Under the pieces are notes generated by a model. The model did no database searches. It saw only the letters and a list, made by a program, of their open reading frames with translations, and was not told where the DNA came from. A stretch of 64,000 nt of DNA, from positions 1-64,000 of the forward strand of contig CAWBQK010000011.1 in assembly GCA_963791045.1 (NCBI GenBank), written 5' to 3'. The DNA comes from Candidatus Latescibacterota bacterium. Its GTDB lineage: Bacteria > Krumholzibacteriota > Krumholzibacteriia > WVZY01. This document shows, one piece after another, positions 36,311 through 46,533 of the stretch. Every line of letters starts with the position of its first letter. The stretch's first letter is position 1. A program made the translations under genes and the position numbers.

Positions 36311-37042
36311 CGTTCTCTTCTCCTCCACAGAACCGTCGGGTTCGTGTGATCTACATTCGAGCCTGACACGGCGGCTCTACCGATAGAGCCGAAAAGCGTC
36401 GAATGTCCCCTCTCCTGGTGCACTTTTTTGATATTGGCGGTCGCCCGGGTGGCGAGGCGGTGCTTCTTGTCGATGGCCAGGACCTTTTCCCATTGGCGGA
36501 CCGCTTCCCGGTAGATGCCCGCCTCGGCGAACAGGTTCCCGAGACCGAAATGGGCTTCGGCGCAATTGTCGTCCAGTGCGAGCGCCTGCCGGTACGCCTC
36601 CGCGGCGGCGGAGAATCCCGGCGGCCGTATCGGGATCGGCGGCGAGATAGTCACCGTAGAAAGCCCGGAGCACGGCGTCCTCGGGCCAACGCCGGATCCC
36701 GTCGCGGTACGCCTCGTACGCCTCGTCCCTCTTTCCGAGGTCGTCGAGCACGAATGCGAGGTTGATGACGACCTTCGAATCGCCCCCCGCGACGACGGAA
36801 CGCCGGTAAAAGGAGGCCGCCATATCGCCCATCTCGGCGTCGTAGTAGGCGTTCCCCAACTTGAAGAGCAATTCCACCGAATCCTTCTCGGCTCCGATCA
36901 GCTTCTCGTACACCTCGATCCGCTCCATGGGCGGCCGGCTTCTCGATTTTCTCGTAGTCCACCGCCGCGGCCGCCACCGGAAGGAGCGCCCCGAGCAGGA
37001 CGATTCCGATGATTCGCGGCGGGCCGTCATCATTCGATTCAT
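36307..37042 (-). CDS. TPR-repeat protein (frameshifted)
   Basis: LLFKLGNAYY, AEAHFGLGNLFAEAG..EAVRQWEKVL. Confidence 0.75.
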
Positions 37043-37217
37043 TTCATTCGCTCCCACCGCCCGGAAAATCCACGGAACCGGAAACCGGTCTGCTCCCGGT
37101 CGCCGGGGATTGCTCGGGCGAGATTTAAACGATTCGGGATCGTTCCGATTGGTCCTCCCGAAGCCAAGAGGCCCGGGGACAAGAACTTATAGGGTACCGT
37201 CCAACCCGGGCTTTCTG

Positions 37218-38002
37218 TCAACCGGAAAGGAAGAGGATCCATGCGGGCGCCGACGAGAGCCAGGGCGAGGCAGTAGTAGCCGAACCGGTGGAATCCTCCC
37301 CGGGTGACGAGGCGGACGAGGAGGCGGAGCGCCCAGTAACCCGAAGCGGCGGCTACGACTGCCCCGAGAAGGGCCGGTCCGAGGATCGCGCCGGAGGCGG
37401 CCTCCCCGGAGAGATCCTTCGCCGTCGAGCAGGGCGGCGCCCAGGATCGCGGGCACGGAGAGGAGGAAGGAGAACTCCGCCCCCTCCCGCCGCCGGACAC
37501 CGAGGAAGAGGGCGCAGGCGATGGTCGCGCCGGACCGGGAGATGCCGGGCATGATCGCCACCGCCTGGGCGAGGCCGATGATCAAGGCGATCCCGAGGGT
37601 GATCCGCCGCTCCCGGGGGGGAGCGAGCCGTGTGAGAAGCAGGAAAATTCCCGTGAAGGCGAGGGCGGCCAGAGTCGGACCGGGCCGTTCGAAGAGCTCC
37701 TCGATCCGGTCTTTCAGGAAGAGGCCGACGAAGGCGGTCGGCAGGAGTCCGACGATGATGGCGAGGCGGTAACGGTTCCGTTCGTCATCGAATCGGGGCC
37801 GGAGGAGATCGATCGCCTTCTCCCGGTAGAAGCCGAGCACCACGAGGGCGGTCGCCACATGGAGAAGCACCTCCATCAAGATCCCCTCGGACCGGATGCC
37901 GAGGATCGCCTGGGCCAGGACCAGATGGCCCGAACTCGATACGGGGAGAAACTCGGTCAACCCCTGAACCAGCCCGAGAAGAATCGCCGCCGCCGAGCCC
38001 AT
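37218..38002 (-). CDS. uppP: Undecaprenyl-diphosphate phosphatase
   Basis: GLVQGLTEFLPVSSSGHL and PGISRSGATI motifs. Confidence 0.95.
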
Positions 38003-38004
38003 GT

Positions 38005-38832
38005 CTAAAACGCGCTCCCGACCAGCATCGCGGCCATGCCGACCACCATCTGGCCTTTGAGAAGTGCTCGCGAACATGCCGAGCCTCGCCCGGTCGGGAC
38101 GGGCATAGCATAGAACGAGGGCCACGGCGAGGAGGAGGTCGACGCCGATGATCACGATCACGAGATAGGCCACGTTGTACATCCCGATCAGGAAGGGAAC
38201 CGGCGACAGGAGCGCGAGCAGGGCGAGGGGGAACGTGCACCAGAGAAGGGCTCGCTTTCCCCCCGTCGCGAGAGGCAGCGTGCGGCGGGCGCCCCGGTCC
38301 CCGGGCATGTCGTGGATGTCCTTCACGATCTCCCGCGCGAGGTGCAGGAAGAACGCGAAGAGGGCGGGCGCGATCCCCGCTTCGATCGCCCCGCCGAGAC
38401 GGGCGCCGTAAAGGAGGGCGGAGGAGGCGACGACGCTGACGAGAAGATTCCCGGCGAACCCGGCCCGTTTCAGAAACCGCTCATATAGGAGAAGGAGAAG
38501 GGACCAGAGGGCGAGGGTGACGAGAGTGATCTCCGCCGGCCGCGAGAGCGCAGCCGAATGCGAGGAGGGCGAGGACCCATCCCGCCCGGCGGGCGCTCCT
38601 CTCGGCGATCGCCCCCGAACGGAAGAGGCCGGTCCGCACGGTTCACGCGGTCCACCGAGAGGTCGGCGACGTCGTTCCCGATATAAAATGCGGCGACGAG
38701 AAAGACCGCCGCGAGGAGCGCGGGGATCGTGCCGACGAAGTCCCCGCCGCCGGCGAGGGCGTAACCGAGCAGGATCGCCGCCCCGAGAATGACGAGATTC
38801 CCGGCGCGGACCAGACGGAGCCAAGCCGTCAT
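38005..38832 (-). CDS. UbiA-family prenyltransferase, DGGGP-synthase-like (frameshifted)
   Basis: LRLVRAGN, NDVADLSVDRVNRADRPLP, LKRAGFAGNLLVS, AREIVKDIHDMPGD. Confidence 0.85.
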
Positions 38833-39642
38833 CGGCCCCTCCTCCCGAGAGGGGCGGTCAGGGCCGCGATCTTCTTTTCGAGCGCCCCGAGCCGGGCCCG
38901 GTCGTTTTTCTCCTCCTCCACCGCGCGCACCAACGCGCTCCCGACCACAACGGCGTCGCAGCGAGGGCATGAGGCCGCGCACCTGGGCGGCGGACGAGAC
39001 GCCGAAGCCGACCGCGAGGGGCTTCTTCGTGATCTTTCTCACCCCTTCGAGGCGGGCGGCGAGATCCGCGGGGAGGGCTGTCCGGGCGCCGGTCACCCCC
39101 GTGAGGCTGACGTAATAGATGAATGCGGTCGACGCGGCGGCGATCTTCCGGATCCGTTCGGGCGGGCTCGTCGGCGCCGCCAGAAAAACCGTGCCGATCC
39201 CGTAGGCGGCGAGTATCCGGCGGTATCGGCGGATTCCTCCACCGGAAGGTCCGTGGCGATCAGGGCGTCCACGCCCGCCCGGGCCGCCCGCGACGCGAAC
39301 CGCTCGAGGCCGGCCGGAGCATCGGGTTCATGTACGACATGAGAACGATGGGGGCCGAGACGGAGGGGCGGAGCCGCTCCACCATGTCCAGGACGTCACC
39401 ACGGTGACGCCCCCGGCGAGGGCCCGCTCCGACGAGCGCTGGATGGTCGGTCCGTCGGCGAGGGGGTCGGAGAAGGGCACGCCGATCTCGATCGCCGCCG
39501 TCTCCGGCCGGTCGAGAATGGGAATCGCCTTCTCCGTGAACCGGAGCGAGGGATCGCCCGCGGTGAGGAAGGGGATCAGCCCCGCCCGCCCTTCCCGCCG
39601 GAGGGCGTCGAACCGGGCGGCGATCCGCGGGACGGTCTTCAT
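38829..39642 (-). CDS. trpA: Tryptophan synthase alpha chain (frameshifted)
   Basis: PFLTAGDP, IEIGVPFSDPLADGPTIQ, TGAR, AVGFGVS. Confidence 0.92.
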
Positions 39643-40802
39643 CAACGCCGTGCCTGAAGGAGCCGGTCGGCCGTGCGGTACGCCTCCTGCGCCTTGTCGC
39701 CGACCCCCTTCTTGTCGTAGGCGATGCCGAGCACGTAGTACGGCTTCCCGTCCTCCGGGTTGATGGCGATCGCCCGCTCGAGCGCGGCGATGGCGTCGTC
39801 GATCTTCTCCCGCTTGTTCTCCGCCACGCCGAGATAGTAGTAGGCCTTCGCGTTGTCCGGATCGAGAGAGAGAACCCGGTTCATCTGCTTCCGGGCCCGG
39901 TCATAGATGCCCCGGCGGATGTACGCCCGGCCGAGGAGATAGTGGGCTTTGATGTTGTCCGGCTCCGACTCGACGGCGATCTTGAACTCCCGGATCGCGT
40001 CCTCGAACGCGCCCTGGTCGTGATAGATCATGCCGAGATTGAAATGAGCCTCCACGTTGTTCGGGTCGAGCTCGAGGGCCTCCTGGAACTCGGCCACCGC
40101 CTCCCGGCTCATCCCCTTCTCGCCGTAGACGGCGCCCAGATTCAGATGCCACTCCGGCTTCTCCGGCTCGAGACGGATGGCCCGGCGGAAATGGGACAGG
40201 GCCTCGTCGATCCGCCCCGTCTGGTCGTAGAGGAGGCCGAGGTTCGAGTGGGCCCGCGCGAATTTCGGATCCAGTTCGAGGGCCCGTTCGTACGCCTGGA
40301 TCGCCTCCTCGAAACGGTCCTGCCGGGTCCGGAGGACGCCGAGGGCGTAGTGGCAGATCGGCACGCCCGGGTTCCGGGAGAGGAGGCGGAGGACATGCTT
40401 CTCCGCCTCGGCCCACCGGTCGAGGGCCATCAGGGTCTTCGCGAGATTGACCTGCGTCTCCAGGTCGTCGGGAGCGATGTGGACGCCGTGCTCGAGCCGG
40501 GCGAGGGATTCCTCGTGCCGGCCCGTCTTCCTGAGAATGCGCCCCGCCCGGTGGAGGAGTTCCACGTTGTCGGGCTCCATCGAGAGAAGGGTCTCGAGAT
40601 GCTCGATCGCCTCCGGATAGTGCCGCTCCCCTTCGAGGTAGATCACCGCCTCGTGGAGGAGCCCCCGGTTGTTCGGGTCCTGCTGCAGGCGCTTCAGGAT
40701 CCCGCCTTTTTCCTTTTCGGCCGCGCCGCGGCCCCAGAACCGAATGACCAAGGAATCCACCTCCATTCGGGACGGCCTTCCACCGATGCCGACCCATGAC
40801 AC
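39642..40802 (-). CDS. TPR-repeat protein, almost entirely TPRs
   Basis: Intact ORF with regular 34-aa repeats (AHSNLGLLY, AHFNLGMIY, AYYYLGVAE). Confidence 0.9.
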   Translation of the reverse strand: MSWVGIGGRPSRMEVDSLVIRFWGRGAAEKEKGGILKRLQQDPNNRGLLHEAVIYLEGERHYPEAIEHLETLLSMEPDNVELLHRAGRILRKTGRHEESLARLEHGVHIAPDDLETQVNLAKTLMALDRWAEAEKHVLRLLSRNPGVPICHYALGVLRTRQDRFEEAIQAYERALELDPKFARAHSNLGLLYDQTGRIDEALSHFRRAIRLEPEKPEWHLNLGAVYGEKGMSREAVAEFQEALELDPNNVEAHFNLGMIYHDQGAFEDAIREFKIAVESEPDNIKAHYLLGRAYIRRGIYDRARKQMNRVLSLDPDNAKAYYYLGVAENKREKIDDAIAALERAIAINPEDGKPYYVLGIAYDKKGVGDKAQEAYRTADRLLQARR

Positions 40803-40869
40803 CCTGTACCTTGTTTAGCCCACGAAGCGGGATCAAGTCAAGCCGGGATCATCGATCTCCCGATGGGGG

Positions 40870-41349
40870 TCAGTCGACGGGATAGGGCTCCCGGAGGGAA
40901 TAAGGCCGATAGGGGGAGTAGGCGCCGGAGAGATGCCGGTAGTCGAACCGGACCAAAGTGTTCTCCGTCGGCCGGTAGGAGATCGAAAGACCGGGGAGAA
41001 CCGCGTTCGCCGACGATTCGCCGCCGTAGGTCGGCTCCCACGGGCGATGCGAATTGGTATCCGAGGAGCAGGGTGATCCGGAGGGGATCGGCCACCTGAT
41101 AGGTGAGGCGGTTCTGATACATGCCGAGACCGCCCCCCGGCACGTTCTCGAGCCGGTCGAATAGAAATAGGACATCTCGTGGGACATGGAGAGTTTCGCC
41201 GGATCGAGGATGCCGAGCATCCCCCGGCTCGGATATTGAAAGACGTTCTCCGCCGCACCGTCCGATCCCCCATAGGAGGGTTCGCCGGCGAAGGCGATGG
41301 AGAACGCCGCGATCAGAGCGACCAGGATCGGAATCGTCCGCACGGGCAT
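40870..41349 (-). CDS. Secreted hypothetical protein (frameshifted)
   Basis: Signal peptide; LDPAKLSMSHEMSYFY, GMYQNRLTYQ, ISYRPTENTLVRFDY. Confidence 0.65.
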   Translation of the reverse strand: MPVRTIPILVALIAAFSIAFAGEPSYGGSDGAAENVFQYPSRGMLGILDPAKLSMSHEMSYFYSTGSRTCRGAVSACIRTASPIRWPIPSGSPCSSDTNSHRPWEPTYGGESSANAVLPGLSISYRPTENTLVRFDYRHLSGAYSPYRPYSLREPYPVD

Positions 41350-41395
41350 CCTCCTTCCGGGGGATGACACCCCGGTGATACCGGACGGTTCGATC

Positions 41396-42695
41396 CTACG
41401 AGTAGGCCGGTTCGCTGTCAAGGGAGCCTACCGGCTCCGATTCCGCTTTCGCCTCTTTCGGGGCGTCCGCGGGGACGAGACGGATTTCGAGGGCGATCTC
41501 GAGCCGCACCACGCCCCCTCCCGCGTCGATCTCCACAGGCACCCGCACCACTCCCTCCGGCGATGCCTGGACGGGCCGGGGCGCCTGAGATGCCGGGTGT
41601 TCGACCGGAACCGGCGGCTCGACGGCGGCCGCTACCTCGACCCGCGGGGGCGGGATCCGATCCTCGTGCCCCGAGGGAGGTTCCTCGGCCATCGGAAGAG
41701 GACTGTCGGTGTGGGCATGCTCCACGGGAGGAGCCGGATCCGCCGGAAGATCGTCGCCCCCGACACCGGCGGCCTCACCCAGAGTTCGCTCCTCATCCGC
41801 GGACCGATCCTCCGTACCGCCATCGTGCGCCTCCCCCGACTCGGCGGGTCCCGCGACCGGGACCTGGGCCTCGTCTTTCTTCGCCTCGGGCGCCGGGGTT
41901 TCGTCGGCGCCCCACGACTTCAGGGAGTCGGAGAGACGCACCACGTCATCCACGGTGCCGCCCACGTCGTAGACCGGCGCCGTCGGCTGGAAGCGCGGAT
42001 CCGCCGGGGCTTCCTCGCCCTTCGCGGACTCCGTCTCCTGTGCCGCCTTCGCCGGGGCTGCGGAACTCGAGGCCTGCTTCGCCTCGGCCTTCGCTTTCTC
42101 TTCACCACCGAGCGTGCGCTCCAGGCTCTCGAAGAGCGCCCGCGTGGCCGCCCGGAAAGTCTCCCAAACACCTTCGTTGTTCACCGCCACCGCCTGGAAC
42201 CAGGGCCATTCGTGGTGGTTCAGGTCGGCGTTCAGCTCGTCCGGCGTGAGCGCGTTCGGCAGGTCCCGCTTGTTGAACTGGAGAATCACGGGAATCTTGT
42301 CGAGCGAGAGCTGATACTCGGCGAGGTTCTGCTCGAGGTTCTGCATGCTCTCGATGTTCGCCTGCCGGAGGGCGGGATCGGAATCGGCGACGAAGATGAT
42401 CGCGTCGGTCCCCTTCAGCACCAGCTTCCGGGTCGCGTTGTAATGAACCTGACCCGGGAACGGTATAGAGAAGGAACCGGGTCCGGAATCCTCGGATCTC
42501 CCCGGCGTTCACCGGGAGGAGATCGAAGAAGAGTGTCCGGTCGCTCCGGGTCTTCATGGATACCATCTTGCCCCGGCGCTGCTCCGGGACGTGTCCGTAG
42601 ATCCGCTCGAGGTTCGTCGTCTTCCCTGAAAGCCCGGGACCGTAGTAGACGATCTTCGCGTTGATCTCTTTGCCGCTGTAATTGAAAACCACCAT
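41396..42695 (-). CDS. mglA: MglA-family small GTPase with long acidic C-terminal extension (one frameshift)
   Basis: INAKIVYYGPGLSGKTTNL, RTLFFD, LYTVPG, FVADS, QFNKRDLP. Confidence 0.9.
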
Positions 42696-42754
42696 GTAAT
42701 CAGCCTCCGATCGCGCTCGGCGCAAACCTTGCAAGTTGAGAGTTCAAAATCAGG

Positions 42755-42769
42755 GCAAGTCCCATGCCA
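42755..42769 (-). promoter_or_regulatory. Sigma54 promoter upstream of the mglA-like gene
   Basis: Minus strand TGGCAT-GGGAC-TTGC, 60 nt upstream of the ATG; IHF-like AACTTGTTGAAAT at about 42805. Confidence 0.75.
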
Positions 42770-42881
42770 GGAAGGGCTCTTTTCGGGCCCGGGAGGACGA
42801 TCGGAACTTGTTGAAATACCGAGGCTTTAGTAGAGGTCTTTCGGGGAGAGCCCGGGTACGCCCGCGGCGGTCCCGCCGGGG

Positions 42882-45520
42882 GTGCGAATCGCACCACTCG
42901 GCCGTGCATTCTGCCCGGCTCGCCGGGTTTTCCCTCATCTTCCTCGTCCTTCTCGCGGCCGCCGCGGGGGGGAGGAATGTGGAAGAGACGGCCCCTCCCG
43001 GAAGTGCCTCTCCCCCACCGGAATACCGGGTGCAATGGAAGGCGGCGGGCACCATGGCGCCCGCGGGCCTGCCGGGGGCTGCCGCCGAAGGGAAGCGGCT
43101 TGTATCGGAAGGTAACCGGCGTCTGCTCATACAGTTCCACGAGAAGCCGGACCCCGATCGGCTTGAAAGGGCAGGATTGACGTTGCTCACGTATGTCCCC
43201 CGGGATACATGGATCACCGCCGTGGGTGACGGGGCGGATTGGGCGGCCGTGGCGGAGGAGATCCGCTGGGTCGGACCGATCCCGGTGGAAGCGAAGATCG
43301 CGCCCGCCCTGGCGGAGAAGGCGCTCGGCAAGAGGGCCGGGACTCTCCCCCTCCGGGTCCGTTTCCACGAGGATGTGGATATGTACGAGGGGGCGACGAT
43401 CATCTCCGCGGCCGGAGGGACGCCCGTCCTCGGCCGGACCGTCTTCCACGGGTTCGACGCGAACCTCCCGGTGACCGCGCTCGACTCGCTCGCCGCGAAG
43501 GACGAGGTCCTCTGGATCGGTGCGCCTCTTCCCCCCCGGTGCCGGCGAACGACGGCATCCGGAGAAACGGCAATATCGATTCGGTCCACGCCGCGCCCCT
43601 CTCGATCGGGGGATCGGGCGTGACGGCGGGTATCTGGGACGGCGGTCCCGTGGACGCCCACACCGACTTCTCGGGCCGCCTGCTCGTGGTGGATACGGGC
43701 GCGCCGACCTCCGACCACGCCACCCATGTGGCCGGGACACTCGGCGGTTCGGGGGCGCTCTCCTCCATCTTCGGCGCGTCGCCGAATCAATGGCGGGGGG
43801 TCGCGCCGAGCTGCTCGCTCCTCTCGTACGATTTTACGGCGATATCCCCGGCGAGTACGGATCGGCGATCACCACGTACGACGTGGATCTCACCTCCAAC
43901 TCGTGGGTGCTCGCCATCGACCAGGCCGCGTATAACAACTGCTACTTCTACGGCGACTACGACGGCTACGCCCCCGAGTTCGATGCGGTCGTCGCCGGAT
44001 ACTTCGGGAAGCGGATTCCGATCATCGTCGCCGCGGGGAACGAGCGAAACGACGGCGATTGCGCCATCGCCGCCCGGAGCGGATACGCCTCGGTACCTCC
44101 GCCGGGAACGGCGAAGAACGTGATCACCGTGGGCGCCATCAATACGAACAACTCGTCGATGACCACCTTCTCCGGCTACGGTCCCGTCGACGACGGGCGT
44201 GTGAAGCCGGACCTCGTCGCCGGCGGCTGCCAGTCGAGCTACAACTACTCGATCTGGTCGACCTGGCCCGGTGATACGTACGGGGCCGCTTATTATTGCG
44301 GCACATCGATGGCGACCCCGGCCGTGTCGGGGGCGGTGGCCCTTCTGATCGAATCGTGGGGGGCGGGGGGCGACGGGCCATGGCCCTCGACGTTGAAAGC
44401 GCTCCTTCTCGGAACGGCGGATGATCTCGGCAACCCCGGGCCGGATTACCGATTCGGCTACGGGGGGATGAATGTGAAGCGGGCCGTGGATCGCATCGGG
44501 TTCGCCACGGTGATCGAAGACAGCGTCGGCCACGGCGGCGTCCGGGAGTGGACTTTCCCGGTCCCCGCCGGATTCGCGGAGCTCAAGGTCACTCTCGTGT
44601 GGGACGACCCGGCCGGAACGCGCCCTGGCGAATCCGGCACTGGTGAACGATCTCGATCTCCTGCTCGTTCCGCCGACGGCGCCCATCGAGTACCCGTTCG
44701 TACTCGATCCGGCGAATCCGGCCGCATCGGCGACGACCGGCGCCGATCACCTGAACAACGTGGAACAGGTGGTCGCCCTGTCACCGGAAGAAGGCACATG
44801 GACGGTCCGTGTCACGGGCGGAAACGTGCCGGTCGGAGCGAGCCAGACATTCTCGATCGTCGGTATCGACACGATGCCGCCGGACACGCCCGATTCCCTC
44901 CGAAGCGACCACCGTGAACGATACGACCCTCGGGCTCATCTTCGCCCCGCCGGACGAAGCGGACGGGGTGGGCGTGCTCCTCGTCCGGAGTTCGTCCGCC
45001 GTGAGCTGGGCGCCCGACGACGGCGCGACGTACGCCGCCGGCGATCCGCTTCCCGGGGATCTCGTCGTCGTGGACACGTCGAGCGGTTCCGCGCATACCG
45101 ACTCGGGGCTCTCTGGTGGGCCACCGGTATCACTACGCCGCGTTCGCCTTCGATCGATTCCACAATTACTCGGCCGGCGCGGCGTCGAGCGCCGCGACGA
45201 GCGGCGGGGCCACGGCCGTACCGATCGCGGGGGGCGTTCCGGCCCTCTTCCGGCTCCACCCGGCGAGGCCGAACCCGTTCAATCCGATCACGCACCTCCG
45301 GTTCGACCTCCCCGAGCCGGCGCCGGTGACACTCGAGATTTACTCGCTTCAAGGCCGCCTGGTCCGGGTCCTCGTGAACGAGACCTTGACCTCCGGTTCG
45401 TACGAGGAGATCTGGGACGGCACGGGCTCACGGGGAGAAGAGGTCGCCTCCGGCGTCTACTTCGCCCGCCTCCGCAAGGGGGACGAGATCGTGACTCAGA
45501 GGCTCACGTTACTGCGATAA
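42882..45520 (+). CDS. Secreted subtilisin-like S8 peptidase with C-terminal FlgD-Ig/T9SS-type sorting domain (frameshifted)
   Basis: GIWDGG, DHATHVAGT, AAGNE, GTSMATP; LKVTLVWDDP..NDLDL..NNVEQV; ARPNPFNP...WDGT...VASGVYFARL. Confidence 0.9.
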
Positions 45521-45836
45521 TGGAAGGAACCGGAAAGGAAAGGGGCGGACGCAAAGACGCAAAGGGGGCAAAGGCCGCTAAAAGCTTTCTTCTTTCCAAA
45601 CCTCCACCGCAATAGCGGTTTTCACGCAGATACACTGGTGCACGGGTCGGCCGGGATCCGAACGGGGTTCGTCGCGAGGATCGGGAGCGTGGGGCGAGAG
45701 GTCGCTTCGGACGAGTCGGCACCCGGAATCGTAGCCTTAGCTACGATGAGGATGCCGACGAAGGAGAAGGGGCCTCGCAGCCCGCGATCCCGATCCGCAG
45801 CAGAAGCCCGTTCGGATCCCGGCCGACAAACGTTCT

Positions 45837-46250
45837 TTACCGCTTGATGAAGACGCCCAGGTTTTCGTTCAGCTTCGGATCGCCGTTGCCGTGGGATTTA
45901 TGGTTGCGGTAGTGGGCGGTGAAGGCGTCCTTGATCCGATCGTAATCCGCCTCGTCACTCGAGGGGAAGTACCTTACCTCCTGGTGAAGCATCCCGTCCT
46001 CTTCGGCGAAATAAAAGAGCTCCACCTGCGTGACCGGCTCGTACTCGATGCCCGCGTAACTCGACTCGGTCGCCGCGCCCCGCTCGAACCAGAGAGACGC
46101 CTTCGGATCGGACACCTCGAAATGATGCCGCTCTTCCATCAGAGATTTCCAGAGATTGAATATATCGAGGGGAACGAAACGCGGGCTGGCGGGGGCGTCC
46201 GGCATGTCGTTTCGCCGGACGAAACACTTGACGATCTTCTCCGTCGCCAT
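45837..46250 (-). CDS. Hypothetical protein
   Basis: Intact ORF with normal composition, RBS GAGGGGAG and an upstream sigma70-like promoter. Confidence 0.7.
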   Translation of the reverse strand: MATEKIVKCFVRRNDMPDAPASPRFVPLDIFNLWKSLMEERHHFEVSDPKASLWFERGAATESSYAGIEYEPVTQVELFYFAEEDGMLHQEVRYFPSSDEADYDRIKDAFTAHYRNHKSHGNGDPKLNENLGVFIKR

Positions 46251-46337
46251 GGGCTCCCCTCTTCCGGGCGAGATTCCCACCGGGGAACAGAACGACGACT
46301 GAGTAAGTAGACGGTGGGAGCGTCCGCCAACCCTTGG

Positions 46338-46366
46338 AGGTTAAGGGATCGGGGAGGCTTCGTCAA
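46338..46366 (-). promoter_or_regulatory. Sigma70-type promoter
   Basis: TTGACG-17 nt-TAACCT. Confidence 0.55.
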
Positions 46367-46533
46367 GAAGAACCAAATCGAGCGGTCATAACTTCACATG
46401 ATTCCTTCGATCCTATTCCTCCCCCCTCCATGTCCTTCGAGTTCTTCATGGTGAATCTCCGATCCGAATATAACCACGAAGGGCACGAAGAACACGGAGA
46501 GGAGAGTGCAGAAGGAGAAGAGATGCCCTTCGA

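Noticed and set aside
37187-38824. 545-aa UbiA-UppP fusion ORF
   Set aside because: A frameshift near the prenyltransferase end bypasses its stop at 38005; uppP has its own ATG
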